From NCBI GenBank assembly GCA_965248435.1, contig OZ252100.1, positions 5,472,001-5,536,000 of the forward strand: 64,000 nucleotides of DNA, read 5' to 3'. This DNA comes from Candidatus Latescibacterota bacterium (GTDB lineage Bacteria; Latescibacterota; UBA2968; GCA-2709665). Each line of letters begins with the position of its first letter. Positions within the stretch are counted from its first letter, which is position 1. Made by a program: the position numbers and the translations under genes. This document shows, one piece after another, positions 1 through 10,549 of the stretch. The notes below the pieces were generated by a model. That model was not told where the DNA came from and searched no databases. It was given only the letters and a program-made list of their open reading frames with translations.

Positions 1-1883
1 TGGCGATTCTGGTCGGGCTCGCTGGAATGGTCGCTGCCATCGCAGATATTCAGTTTAATGAGCTCGCGAGTGCGATCTTTCCCTCAAAGGATGCCAAGAC
101 AGCATTCTTCGGAGAGTTTTTCGCCTATTTGAACGCTTTCGTGTTTCTATTTCAGCTTTTCCTGACTCCACGCATCTTGAAATCGTGGGGTGTAGGTCCG
201 GCCCTGATGTTTCTTCCGCTTACCCTGGCTTTCGGCTCGGTTGGAATATTGCTTGTTCCAGGACTCCTGGGAGGGATCGCGGTCAAGGTGGGAGACGTAG
301 GCTTTCGTCACTCGATCCATAGATCAGCAACGGAGATCCTTTTTGTTCCGGTCTCAGCAGAAGTGAAGAAACGCACGAAGGTCTTTATGGACACCACCAT
401 GGACAACCTGGCCACCGGTCTTGGAGCGCTTCTCGTGCTGCTGCTTACTGGAACCTTCGGACTGGCCCATCGGCAACTTGGATTCTTTTCACTCCTTTTG
501 ATAGCCTTGTGGATTTCTCAGATCTTCAGGCTGCGCAGGGCATATGTCGATACGTTTCGAAGGGCCCTTGAGCACAGAGAAATCGACCCAGCTGATTTTC
601 AGATGAATCTTTCTGAGCCGGCTATTGCCTCTGCCCTCAAGACTGCGTTGACATCCAACAACGGTCGGCAGGTTGGCTATGCGCTCGATCTACTAGCGTC
701 CGGAAGTAGTGGTGCATTCGCGGATTCGATTGAACCATTGTTCGCGCACCACGCTTCGGATATTCGAGTCAAGGCCATAAAGGCAGTACTTACTGAAGGA
801 AATGGCCTGATGGTCCCCAAGGTCGAACCTCTCTTGAAAGATCAGGACCCGGAAGTTCGACTTGAGGCGGTCCATTACTTGTGGAGACACGGCGAGGGGG
901 AAGGGCTCCAGCGAATGAGGAGCTACTTGAACCATTCGGAGCCGGCCATCCGGGCGGCGGCACTCGGAAGCATCGCGGCATACGGTAGTTCTGAGGAGAA
1001 GGCCCTCGTTGACGAACAGGTGATTGAGAATGTCTTTGAAGGCTGTAGAGATGTCTTTAACCGGGCGCAGGCAGCACGGGCGTTGGGTGCATTCGATCGA
1101 CCGGAGTTAAGAAGAATCCTCGAGGTCTTGATGGAGGATTCTTCTGAGCCGGTTGTGAGGGAAACGATTTACAGTGTCGGCCGCTTCAAGGATTTATCCT
1201 ATGTACCCTGGCTCTTGGAGAAACTAGGCGACCTGAGGTACAGGGCGAACGCGCGGGACGCGTTGTCAGCATACGGGTTCGACCTGCTGGACACGCTTTC
1301 GAAGACGTTAGACGAGGAGGAGGGAGACGAGCGGATAAAGCGTTATATCCCGCGAGTATTGAGCCAGGTAAAGGTCCAAAAGTCAGTGGACATCCTTCTT
1401 TCCCGTCTGGACGGAGCTCCATCTTCTATGAAGTATCTCATGGTAAAGGCATTGAACAAACTTCGAGTTGGTGCTCCCGAGCTCACCTTCAATTCGAGTC
1501 GCGTAGAAGCCTCTCTGATACAGGAAACCGAGGCCTACTACGAGGTTCTGCACATCCGTTACATCGTCGGAGAGAGGCTGGATGGGAGCGGGGTGACGCT
1601 CTTGGATAGAGCGCTTTCGGAAAAACTGAACCAAACCATGGATCTAATCTTTAGATTTTTAGCGCTCTCCTATCCTCCGGATGATATCTACAACGCCTAT
1701 CTGGGGATCATCAGCGATCGAAAGTCGATCCGAGAAAGTGCCATAGAGTTTCTGGACAACGTGCTCGGGAAGAACGAGAAGGCCCATTTGTTGCCTTTCC
1801 TGGATTCGACTTCAGTAGAAACCGCGCTTGATCGGGGCCGTGAGTTGTTCAATCACCAGTTTAAAGAAGCTTACAAATGCTAG
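1..1883 (+). CDS. NTT/TLC-family (ATP/ADP translocase-like) MFS transporter fused to HEAT repeats; 5'-truncated by the window edge
   Basis: Hydrophobic N-part with 'FRHSIHRSATEILFVPV...KKRTKVFMD', typical of NTT/Npt1; followed by HEAT repeats (LKDQDPEVRLEAV, NHSEPAIRAAAL). Confidence 0.8.
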   Translation, partial: AILVGLAGMVAAIADIQFNELASAIFPSKDAKTAFFGEFFAYLNAFVFLFQLFLTPRILKSWGVGPALMFLPLTLAFGSVGILLVPGLLGGIAVKVGDVGFRHSIHRSATEILFVPVSAEVKKRTKVFMDTTMDNLATGLGALLVLLLTGTFGLAHRQLGFFSLLLIALWISQIFRLRRAYVDTFRRALEHREIDPADFQMNLSEPAIASALKTALTSNNGRQVGYALDLLASGSSGAFADSIEPLFAHHASDIRVKAIKAVLTEGNGLMVPKVEPLLKDQDPEVRLEAVHYLWRHGEGEGLQRMRSYLNHSEPAIRAAALGSIAAYGSSEEKALVDEQVIENVFEGCRDVFNRAQAARALGAFDRPELRRILEVLMEDSSEPVVRETIYSVGRFKDLSYVPWLLEKLGDLRYRANARDALSAYGFDLLDTLSKTLDEEEGDERIKRYIPRVLSQVKVQKSVDILLSRLDGAPSSMKYLMVKALNKLRVGAPELTFNSSRVEASLIQETEAYYEVLHIRYIVGERLDGSGVTLLDRALSEKLNQTMDLIFRFLALSYPPDDIYNAYLGIISDRKSIRESAIEFLDNVLGKNEKAHLLPFLDSTSVETALDRGRELFNHQFKEAYKC

Positions 1884-2320
1884 CCGTCATCGAAAAGGTG
1901 ATGGTGCTGCAGAACGTAGACGATTTCTCTGAGGTGTCTACCGAACAGCTAGCCAATCTGGCGGCGATCTGTGATGAGGTAGAGTTTCCTTCTGGAAGAG
2001 CGATCTACAACGAGGGAGACCCGTCAGATGCAATGTACCTGGTATTGGAAGGCAAGGTTCGTCTACACGTGAACGAACTCGATGTCTCGATCGCGGGCCC
2101 GAACGCGGCATTTGGAACCTGGGCGCTGTTTGATGACGAGCTGCGCGTGACGACGGCCACGACGCTCGAGGAAACACGTCTTCTACGGATCTTCAAGGAG
2201 GATTTCATCGATGTGCTTGCCGAGCACGTGGAAGTCACGCGAGGGGTCCTGAAAGCCATGGTCAAAAGGCTCAGGGGTCTTGTGGGACGGGTGACTCCGA
2301 GAACAGGGAGTACGGGGTGA
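1877..2320 (+). CDS. Stand-alone cyclic-nucleotide-binding domain protein
   Basis: 'IYNEGDPSDAMYLVLEGKV...FGTWALFDDELRVTTA' cNMP beta-roll; no HTH. Confidence 0.85.
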   Translation: MLAVIEKVMVLQNVDDFSEVSTEQLANLAAICDEVEFPSGRAIYNEGDPSDAMYLVLEGKVRLHVNELDVSIAGPNAAFGTWALFDDELRVTTATTLEETRLLRIFKEDFIDVLAEHVEVTRGVLKAMVKRLRGLVGRVTPRTGSTG

Positions 2321-2376
2321 GCGGCGCTGAAAATTCATTGGCTCGGAAACATCCACTAATCTCAGAGGGATAAACG

Positions 2377-2859
2377 ATGGAAAATCAGGAAGAGACTGGG
2401 CAAATTGTGATCGTCGATGACGAGGAGATGGTCCTGACAAGTATCAGATCATTTCTGACACTGGAAACCTCGTATGAAGTCGAGGCCTTTCTTTCGGCAA
2501 AAGAGGCCCTTCAGTTTATCGAGAAAGGTGATGTTGATCTTGTCATTTCGGACTACTTGATGCCCGAGATGGACGGAATCAGCTTTCTTGCCCAGGTCCG
2601 AGACCTCAAACCGGAAGTGCCTCGGATTATACTGACGGGCTATGCAGATAAAGAAAATGCGATTAAAGCCATAAACGAGGTCGGGCTTTTCCAGTACATC
2701 GAAAAGCCCTGGGAAAACGAAGATCTGCGAATCATCATCCGGAACGGACTGGAGAAGAAGAGGCTCATGTTGAGCCTCCAGGATAAGATCGATCAGATCA
2801 ACAAAGCCTACTCCGAACTCCAGTCTATCCAGCAAGAAGTGTTGAAGACGTTTGCATGA
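2377..2859 (+). CDS. Response regulator (receiver plus short coiled coil, no output domain)
   Basis: 'IVDDE...LVISDYLMPEMDG...LTGY...YIEKPW'; GAGGGA RBS. Confidence 0.92.
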   Translation: MENQEETGQIVIVDDEEMVLTSIRSFLTLETSYEVEAFLSAKEALQFIEKGDVDLVISDYLMPEMDGISFLAQVRDLKPEVPRIILTGYADKENAIKAINEVGLFQYIEKPWENEDLRIIIRNGLEKKRLMLSLQDKIDQINKAYSELQSIQQEVLKTFA

Positions 2860-4447
2860 TCCGCGCAGCATTGCCCATAGGTCCCTGATGAAACCCTCAA
2901 ACGAACAACTGCAAGCAATACTCGATGCAGTTCCGATTCCCCTGGTTATCACCCGGATGTCCGATGGAAAGGTCCTTTACGCAAACAGGCACCTCGGATC
3001 TCTCATGGGCTTGGAGCCATCTGAGTTGGTTGGACGCATAAGTCCGGATTTCTACCATGATCCCGAGGACCGAAAGATAATTGTGGAAAAACTGAAAGTG
3101 GATGGGCGTCTGGAGAACCACCAAGTGCGTCTTAAAACGAACGACGGCCGGGTTATCTGGACCCTTTTCTCACTGATTACCATGGAAATCGATGGCGAAA
3201 ACGCAATTGTCGGTGGTTTGTATGACATCACGACGCGGAAAGAGACCGAAGATGCCCTCCGCGATAGCGAGACACTGTTCCGCCAGTTGACGGACAACAT
3301 CAATGAGGTCTTCTGGATACGCGACCTCAAGAGGGATCGGGTTATCTATATCAGCCCTGCATATGAGAGAATATTTGGAAGGGATTCCGAAGAGATACTG
3401 AGGGATCCAGATGCGCTTATGGACGCTGTCCATAAAGATGACCGAGACCACCTGGAGCGGCACATCGCTCAGGAGCTACAAACGGGCCGTCGTGTAAGCC
3501 ATGAAATGGAGTTTCGAATCCTCCGGGGCGATGGAGAGGTTCGCTGGATGAGGACTCGAATCTTCCCGATTCGAAACGATGAAGGAGAGGTCGAGCGTGT
3601 CTGCGGGGTAAGTGAAGATTTCACAGAGCGAAAAGAGGTCCAGGCATCGCTGGAAAGGGCGAATCGAGAATTGAAGGAGACGCAGTCGCAATTGATACAG
3701 TCGGAGAAGATGGCGGCACTGGGCAATCTTGTTGCCGGCATTGCCCACGAAATCAACACACCGGTGGGGGCGATCAACAGCATGCACGATACGCTGGTTC
3801 GGGCTGTGCAGAAGCTGACAGCGTCGGTCGAAACGTCCACAGATCTCTCCGAAGATCAGACCATGCAGTCGACCCTGAAGGTGATTTCCGACGCGAACCG
3901 GGTGATTTCAACCGGCACAGAGCGTGTGATGGAAATCGTACGCGGTCTCCGGAGTTTCGCCAGGCTGGATGAGGCTGAGATGAAGGAGGTGGATATCCAC
4001 GGTGGTATTGAAGACACTCTGCCCCTGGTTCAGCACGATATGAAAGACCGAATAAGTGTCGTCAAAGATTACGGCGACATCCCGCCCATCGTCTGCTTTC
4101 CCAGCCGACTGAATCAAGTTTTTCTGAACATACTCGTGAATGCTGCGCACGCTATCAAAGGGGATGGCGTAATTACGATTTCGACGTCCGAGAAAGCAGG
4201 CAAGGTCTACGTAACGATCAAAGACACCGGAGTTGGCATTCCACCTGAGAATCTGGACAAGGTTTTCGATCCCGGATTCACGACAAAAGGGGTGGGTGTC
4301 GGAACGGGACTGGGCCTTTCGATCTGCTACCAGATCGTACAGGACCACAAAGGCGAGATTAAAGTGGAAAGCCGAGTCGAAAAAGGGACGACGTTTACTG
4401 TCGTCCTTCCGACTGACCTCGAGGAAGGCCCGGGGACCCAAACATGA
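2852..4447 (+). CDS. Cytoplasmic PAS-PAS histidine kinase
   Basis: Two PAS/PAC domains; H-box 'AGIAHEINTP', N-box 'LNQVFLNILVNA', G-boxes 'DTGVGI', 'GTGLGL'. Confidence 0.93.
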   Translation: MHDPRSIAHRSLMKPSNEQLQAILDAVPIPLVITRMSDGKVLYANRHLGSLMGLEPSELVGRISPDFYHDPEDRKIIVEKLKVDGRLENHQVRLKTNDGRVIWTLFSLITMEIDGENAIVGGLYDITTRKETEDALRDSETLFRQLTDNINEVFWIRDLKRDRVIYISPAYERIFGRDSEEILRDPDALMDAVHKDDRDHLERHIAQELQTGRRVSHEMEFRILRGDGEVRWMRTRIFPIRNDEGEVERVCGVSEDFTERKEVQASLERANRELKETQSQLIQSEKMAALGNLVAGIAHEINTPVGAINSMHDTLVRAVQKLTASVETSTDLSEDQTMQSTLKVISDANRVISTGTERVMEIVRGLRSFARLDEAEMKEVDIHGGIEDTLPLVQHDMKDRISVVKDYGDIPPIVCFPSRLNQVFLNILVNAAHAIKGDGVITISTSEKAGKVYVTIKDTGVGIPPENLDKVFDPGFTTKGVGVGTGLGLSICYQIVQDHKGEIKVESRVEKGTTFTVVLPTDLEEGPGTQT

Positions 4448-6966
4448 AATTCGTTAAGTCCCTTTCCCTTACCTGTCTAGGCTTGCTCTTGACGGCTTCT
4501 TCAGCCGGCGCAATCGTGCTGTCGGAGGAAGATCTGACCACCGGTGAAACAAACATTCACATCTTAAATTGGATTTCGAGTGGGTGGAAATATCGGCTCG
4601 GAGATGATCCAAGCTGGCGCGAGCCTGCGTATGATGATACCGGTTGGGACAGCCTGGCGACGCGTGACGATCCCTGGGCGATTCCAGACATCGATTGGGC
4701 GGGTCTGGGTTGGTTCCGACTGAATCTCTCTGTAGATCCGACGCTACTGGATCAGCCTCTGGTGATACTCTACTCACAGTACGGCGCAATGGAACTCTAC
4801 CTGGATGGGGAGCGGATCTACGGCCTCGGCAAAGTCGGAGACTCCGAAGCGACGGAGGAGGCCCACTTAATTTCAGTTAACCGGCCGAGGATGATTCCGA
4901 TTCGATTCAGCCATCATTCAGATCACGTGATCGCGATTCGGTATTCCAATTTTTGGAGCTTAGGGTATCGTCATTTAGATCCCCCTGCCCTGTTTGGTCT
5001 GGCAATTTCGAGGCCATCCGAGGGCCTGAAACAGTTGACGGCCCACAACAGAACCTTGACGGTTTATCAGATGCTTTTCTGTGTGCCACTGGCCTTCGCA
5101 CTCCTTCACCTTTTGCTTTTCCTTTTCTATCCCCAAACCAGGGAAAATCTTTACTACGCTGCCTTTGCAGCTAGTATTGCCGCACTCGTCTTCTCTCCCT
5201 TTCAAGCGGGACTTCAACAGAATCTTACGAATTTCCTGGTCGTTTTATGGGTATTCAAGCTCTCACTGATTCTTACTGCCGTATCGGGTGTCTACTTTCT
5301 CTATCAAGTATTTTTTGGTAGTTCACCTCGATTCTTCAAAGTCCTCCTGACAATTGGAATCATTCTGCTGCTTCTTGCCTGGTTCATTCCAGTCGAGTAT
5401 GTGTACGTCTTCGTCATCACGGCCTTGGCGGAGATGCTAAGAATCATATTCATCGCTGCGTGCAAGAGGAAAGAAGGTTCGAGGATCATTGGAGCGGGAT
5501 GCCTGGTATTCGTCGCGGCGTGCACCTATCAGGTTCTCATGGAAGTCCAAATGGTCGAGCAGAACTATGCCTTTCCCTACATCTATGGCATCCTCTGCTT
5601 TGTCGTGTCCATGTCGATTCATCTTGCACGGAGGTTTGCTCAGACAAGCAAAGACCTGAAGTCTCAGCTGATTCAAGTCCAGGAATTGTCCGGGAATCTG
5701 GAGGAAGCGAACGCGCGCCTCGAGGGTTACAGCCAAACCCTGGAACAGAGGGTAGACGCGCGAACTCGGGAAGTAAACGAAAAGAACGTCAAGCTGGAGG
5801 AAACCCTACACCGACTTGGTGAAAGCGAGGAACGATTTCGATCCTTAACGCAGTCTGCCAGCGATGCGATCGTTGTCGCAGACAGCTATGGGATCGTTGT
5901 TTCGCTAAACCGGGGTGCCGAGAGGATCTTTGGGTATAGAGAGGAGGAGGTTTTGGGCAAGGCACTGTCTCTGCTGATGCCTGAACGCTACAGAGAGGCC
6001 CATCTAAGGGGGATCAACCGCATGAGAGCCACGAGTGAATCCAAGATTATCGGAAAAGCGGTTGAGTTGCACGGGCTGAGGAAAGATGGTAGCGAATTTC
6101 CCCTGGAACTCTCCTTGGCGACCTGGACGACTGGAGAAAAAACCTTCTATGGCGGTATTATCCGTGACATCGCAGAGCGCAAACAGGCAGAGGAGGACCT
6201 CAAGGAGAAAGAAAGCCAACTTGTCGTACAGGAAAAGATGGCTTCACTGGGGAGTTTGGTTGCTGGCGTTGCTCACGAGATTAATACACCGGTTGGCGCA
6301 ATCAACAGCATGCACGACACATTAGTGAGAGGAGTAGACAAACTAAAAGGTGCCCTGCGGACGAGCTATCCTGTTGAGTTTGAGGAGAATAGAACCGTGC
6401 AATCTGCCATTCGGGTGATCGACGACGCGAATCGGGTGATTTCTACTGGCACGGATCGCGTGACAGAGATCGTCCGAAGTCTCCGGACTTTTGCACGGCT
6501 TGACGAAGCTGAGATGCAGCGGGTAGACATCCACGAAGGGATCAACAACACCCTGACGCTGGTCCATCATGATTTGAAAAACCGAATAGAGGTCGCAAAG
6601 GACTTTGGAGAGATCCCGCAGATTGTCTGTTATCCAAGCCGGTTAAATCAAGTGTTTCTGAACCTCCTCGTCAATGGCGCTCAGGCGATTGAGGGAGAGG
6701 GACAAATCACGATTTCGACCCGGCTGGTGAATGATATGCTGCACGTGGCTTTCAAAGACACGGGCGCAGGCATCCCGGAAGAAAATCTTGGCAAGGTCTT
6801 CGTTCCTGGATTCACGACTAAGGGTGTCGGCGTTGGGACGGGACTGGGGCTCTCTATCTGTTACCAGATCATTCAGGATCATCAGGGAGAAATCCAGGTC
6901 CAGAGCAAGGTGGGCGAGGGGACGACCTTCACAGTCATCCTTCCCATCGATTTGAAGGAAGACTGA
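4444..6966 (+). CDS. Membrane histidine kinase: extracytoplasmic beta-sandwich sensor, multi-TM (7TM-DISM-like) region, PAS, HisKA/HATPase
   Basis: Signal peptide; 'WKYRLGDDPSW...YDDTGW...GLGWFR' galactose-binding-like motif; TM block; PAS 'LRKDGSEFPLELS'; H/N/G boxes. Confidence 0.9.
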   Translation: MKFVKSLSLTCLGLLLTASSAGAIVLSEEDLTTGETNIHILNWISSGWKYRLGDDPSWREPAYDDTGWDSLATRDDPWAIPDIDWAGLGWFRLNLSVDPTLLDQPLVILYSQYGAMELYLDGERIYGLGKVGDSEATEEAHLISVNRPRMIPIRFSHHSDHVIAIRYSNFWSLGYRHLDPPALFGLAISRPSEGLKQLTAHNRTLTVYQMLFCVPLAFALLHLLLFLFYPQTRENLYYAAFAASIAALVFSPFQAGLQQNLTNFLVVLWVFKLSLILTAVSGVYFLYQVFFGSSPRFFKVLLTIGIILLLLAWFIPVEYVYVFVITALAEMLRIIFIAACKRKEGSRIIGAGCLVFVAACTYQVLMEVQMVEQNYAFPYIYGILCFVVSMSIHLARRFAQTSKDLKSQLIQVQELSGNLEEANARLEGYSQTLEQRVDARTREVNEKNVKLEETLHRLGESEERFRSLTQSASDAIVVADSYGIVVSLNRGAERIFGYREEEVLGKALSLLMPERYREAHLRGINRMRATSESKIIGKAVELHGLRKDGSEFPLELSLATWTTGEKTFYGGIIRDIAERKQAEEDLKEKESQLVVQEKMASLGSLVAGVAHEINTPVGAINSMHDTLVRGVDKLKGALRTSYPVEFEENRTVQSAIRVIDDANRVISTGTDRVTEIVRSLRTFARLDEAEMQRVDIHEGINNTLTLVHHDLKNRIEVAKDFGEIPQIVCYPSRLNQVFLNLLVNGAQAIEGEGQITISTRLVNDMLHVAFKDTGAGIPEENLGKVFVPGFTTKGVGVGTGLGLSICYQIIQDHQGEIQVQSKVGEGTTFTVILPIDLKED

Positions 6967-7007
6967 TCGAACAGGGCATAAAGCGAGGCGGTAGTCAAGG
7001 AGATCAT

Positions 7008-9347
7008 ATGAAGCATAGGTTCTGGATCGGTTTCCTGGGGTTTGGCGGGGTAGGGGCCCTTCTCCTCCTAAGTCCACTGAATGCAGCTGACCTTCCTGTC
7101 GTCACCATCGGGATTGTCATAGACGGACCTTGGGAACGAAATGACGAGATCCTGACCCAATTTCAACACGAGATACTTGAGATTACACGAGGAGAATTCG
7201 ATGTGCGGTTTCCCCGGGAAAAGCTCATCCAGGCGGACTGGACTCAGCCTGGCGTCCGGTCCGCTCTGGACCGTCTGCTTGCCGACCGCGAGGTTGATCT
7301 TGTTGTCGCTTCGGGTGTCCTCGCTTCGAGTGACGTCTGCCGCCGCGGGCCACTGCCAAAACCCGTTGTTGCCCCTTTCATACTGGATCCGGCCGTACAG
7401 GGTATTCCACTAAGGAACGGGACAAGCGGCGTTCCTAACCTGAGTTACATCACCTTTCCTGCCGATTTCAAGTACGCCTTGAAAATTTTTCAGGATGTGG
7501 TTCCGTTCAGGCGGATGGCCGTTCTCTCGAGCCAGGCGATCTACGAAGGCATCCCTGAACTCAGAAGCAACCTGATCAAGGCAGCCGCTGAAACATTGGA
7601 TCTTACGATCGAAGTGATTCCGGTCGAACAAACCGTAGAACCTGCTCTGGCCGCGCTTCCGGAAGATGTGGAGGCCGTCTTTGTAGCGCCGCTGCTTCAA
7701 CTTTCTCCAGGCGAGTTCGACCGACTCGTTTCCGGGCTGATCGAACGACGTCTACCCAGTTATTCCGTGGTCGGAACAAGCGAGGTGAAGCGGGGTCTTT
7801 TGGTTGGGATCTCCCAGGACTTCGACATCCCCCGACTGGCAAGGCGTCTCGCGGTCAATGTTCAACGTATCCTTCTCGGGGAAGACCCCTCTTCGTTTTC
7901 TGTGATGTTCTCCCGTGGAGAGCGTTTGACGATCAACATGGCTACGGCTCGGGCGATAGGTGTCTCTCCGAGCTGGGGGGTGTTGACCGAGGCGGAGCTC
8001 GTCCGAGAAACGCGGGACGTACCCAGGAGGCTCACGCTGCTCAAGACGATAAAGGAAGCGCTCACCGCAAACCTCGATCTGGTAGCTCAAGGGCACTTCG
8101 TGGAGTCAGGTGTGCAGGGAGTGAACGAAGCTCGCTCCGTTCTACTTCCCCAGTTGGACGCCTCGGGCCTCGGGGTTGTGGTGGATGAAGATCTGGCGTC
8201 GCCCTTTCAGTCCGAGCGGAGTTTTTCGGGCTCGGCGAAGTTCCGCCAGCTGATCTATTCGCACACGGCATTTAAGAACTTTCAAGTTCAGAAGCGGCTC
8301 CAGCTATCTCGAGTGGCCGAAAGGGACCAGGTCAGGCTGGACATCATCCAGGAGGCCGCGACCGCCTACCTCAACCTGCTGCGCGCCAATACGTTCGAAC
8401 AAATCGGGAAAGACAACCTGAAGTTGACTCGTTCCAACCTCGAGCTGGCAAGGGTCCGCCAGTCTATCGGCTATTCTGGCCCCGGGGAGGTCTACCGGTG
8501 GGAAAGCCAGATCGCAACCGACCGTAACTCGGTGATTCAGGCCAATTCTCAGAGGAACCTCGCGGAGATTTCCGTGAATCGGGTCCTGCATCGCCCGTTG
8601 GAAGAGCCTTTCCAGACTGAACAGGTCGACACCCGAATGGAACGATACCGGAGCTACATGGGAGACCCCGGTGGCTTCAGGTTTTTCAGGAGCTTCATGG
8701 CGGATGAGGGGCTTGCCGCCTCACCGGAGCTGAAGCGACTGGATGCCGCGATCGCTGCTCAGAAGCAGGTGCTGCGGTCTGCGAATCAGGCATTTTGGTC
8801 TCCAACGATCACAGCAGAAGGGGAAGTCACCAACTTTCTTACCAGAGCTGGCGCCGGATCGGATCAACCCGCTCTGGGTGGAGATCGGTCTTGGACCCTC
8901 GGAATAAATATTTCCCTGCCAATTTTCAGTGGGGGTGGCAGGGTTGCAACCCGCCGGAAGGCCCAGGAGGACCTCACGCGGTTGAGACTCGAGCGGGAAG
9001 CCGCACGGGAGCGGATCGAGCAGCGCATTCGTTCTGCCATGCACGTTATGGGTGCTTCTTACGCGGGCATCAAGCTGTCACGCGATGCTGCTGACGCCGC
9101 AAGGAGAAACCGAGAGCTTTTGACGGATGCCTACTCCCGCGGAACGGTCTCCATTCTGGCCCTTTTGGACGCCCAGAATGCCGCCCTGGTGTCAGAACAA
9201 CGTGCGGCAAACGCAGTTTACGATTTTCTGATCGACTTGATTGAGGCGGAGCGTGCGGCTGGCAGGTTTACGCTCCTGATGGATGCGGAGGAGGTGGCGG
9301 CCTTCTTTGGTCGGCTGGATGCTTACAGGGAGCGGGCGGATGACTAG
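7008..9347 (+). CDS. Fusion of ABC-type substrate-binding domain and TolC-family outer membrane factor
   Basis: N-half resembles ABC_sub_bind ('LTINMATARAIG'); C-half has OEP repeats ('AYLNLLRA', 'AYSRGTVSILALLDAQ'). Confidence 0.8.
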   Translation: MKHRFWIGFLGFGGVGALLLLSPLNAADLPVVTIGIVIDGPWERNDEILTQFQHEILEITRGEFDVRFPREKLIQADWTQPGVRSALDRLLADREVDLVVASGVLASSDVCRRGPLPKPVVAPFILDPAVQGIPLRNGTSGVPNLSYITFPADFKYALKIFQDVVPFRRMAVLSSQAIYEGIPELRSNLIKAAAETLDLTIEVIPVEQTVEPALAALPEDVEAVFVAPLLQLSPGEFDRLVSGLIERRLPSYSVVGTSEVKRGLLVGISQDFDIPRLARRLAVNVQRILLGEDPSSFSVMFSRGERLTINMATARAIGVSPSWGVLTEAELVRETRDVPRRLTLLKTIKEALTANLDLVAQGHFVESGVQGVNEARSVLLPQLDASGLGVVVDEDLASPFQSERSFSGSAKFRQLIYSHTAFKNFQVQKRLQLSRVAERDQVRLDIIQEAATAYLNLLRANTFEQIGKDNLKLTRSNLELARVRQSIGYSGPGEVYRWESQIATDRNSVIQANSQRNLAEISVNRVLHRPLEEPFQTEQVDTRMERYRSYMGDPGGFRFFRSFMADEGLAASPELKRLDAAIAAQKQVLRSANQAFWSPTITAEGEVTNFLTRAGAGSDQPALGGDRSWTLGINISLPIFSGGGRVATRRKAQEDLTRLRLEREAARERIEQRIRSAMHVMGASYAGIKLSRDAADAARRNRELLTDAYSRGTVSILALLDAQNAALVSEQRAANAVYDFLIDLIEAERAAGRFTLLMDAEEVAAFFGRLDAYRERADD

Positions 9348-9371
9348 CAGTTACCCTAGCCTTACGGAGGG

Positions 9372-10475
9372 ATGAAGATGCAACGGATTCAGCTTAACTG
9401 CTGCTTCACTGCGGCTCTGGCCGGTGCTTTACTCTTTTCTTGTGGAGAGGATAAGGAGCCACCCGCGCCGCTCATCCGACCCGTGCGTTACGTGCAGGTC
9501 TTTGCGACAGGGGGCGGTCGGGAACGCACGTTCTCGGGTATTTCAAAGGCCGCGCTTGAGTCCAAGCTCAGCTTCAAAGTCGCCGGGACGATCAGCAGGG
9601 TTGGCGTCAAGGTTGGCGACCGGGTCAAAGCGGGTGAAATGATCGCGGAGCTTGATCCGAAGGATTATGAATTAAAGGTGCAGGAGGCCGAGGCTTCTCG
9701 ACAGCGGGCAGAGGCCCAGGCTCGCAATGCAGAGGCGAGCTACAGTCGCGTAAGGGCACTTTACGAGAATCACAATGCCTCCAAGAACGACCTGGATGCC
9801 GCAAGAGCAGGTGCCGAATCGGCCAGTGCGCAGGTCAAATCTGCACAAAAGCGCCTTGAGTTGACCACCCTCCAATTGGGCTACGCGCGGCTGACTTCAC
9901 CCGTCGAGGGATCCATCGCCTCTGTTAACGTTGAGGAGAATGAGAATGTCACTACCGGACAACCGATTGCACTGATTACTTCGGGTTCCCAGCTGGAGGT
10001 GGAAGTCGCCATCCCGGAGATGCTGATTGCCCGGATTCAGGAGGGTGACCCTGTCTCTATCGGATTTGACGCGATACCCAAGGAGTCCTTCTCGGGAACG
10101 GTTACGGAGGTCGGCGTTGCATCTGTTGGAATGGCTACGACCTACCCGGTGGTCGTGACTTTGAATCGATACCATCCGGATTGCCGGCCCGGGATGGCGA
10201 CCGAAGTTCGCTTCGTATTTGGTTCCAGGTCAGGAAAACCGCGGATCATTGTGCCAGCGGTCTCCGTTGGAGAAGACCGGGACGGCAAATACGTCTACAC
10301 AGTGGATCGTGAAGAGGAAGGATTCGGGACAACAAGGCGGAGGAACGTCATGATTGGTGAGCTAACGGAGGCCGGCCTCGAGATTCATTCCGGGGTCGAC
10401 GACGGCGCACTCGTCGTAACGGCCGGCGTAACACGTATTCGAGATGGACAAAGGGTGAGATTGTTGGCGCAGTAG
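9372..10475 (+). CDS. RND efflux periplasmic adaptor (MFP), lipoprotein
   Basis: Lipobox 'LFSC'; 'LSFKVAGTISRVGVKVGDRVKAGEMIAELD'; 'SPVEGSI'. Confidence 0.93.
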   Translation: MKMQRIQLNCCFTAALAGALLFSCGEDKEPPAPLIRPVRYVQVFATGGGRERTFSGISKAALESKLSFKVAGTISRVGVKVGDRVKAGEMIAELDPKDYELKVQEAEASRQRAEAQARNAEASYSRVRALYENHNASKNDLDAARAGAESASAQVKSAQKRLELTTLQLGYARLTSPVEGSIASVNVEENENVTTGQPIALITSGSQLEVEVAIPEMLIARIQEGDPVSIGFDAIPKESFSGTVTEVGVASVGMATTYPVVVTLNRYHPDCRPGMATEVRFVFGSRSGKPRIIVPAVSVGEDRDGKYVYTVDREEEGFGTTRRRNVMIGELTEAGLEIHSGVDDGALVVTAGVTRIRDGQRVRLLAQ

Positions 10476-10549
10476 TGATTGATGACCCTGGATAGTGCTG
10501 TGAACCTGCTTTCCACGACACCCAACAGCCAAGACCCGACAACTACCTC

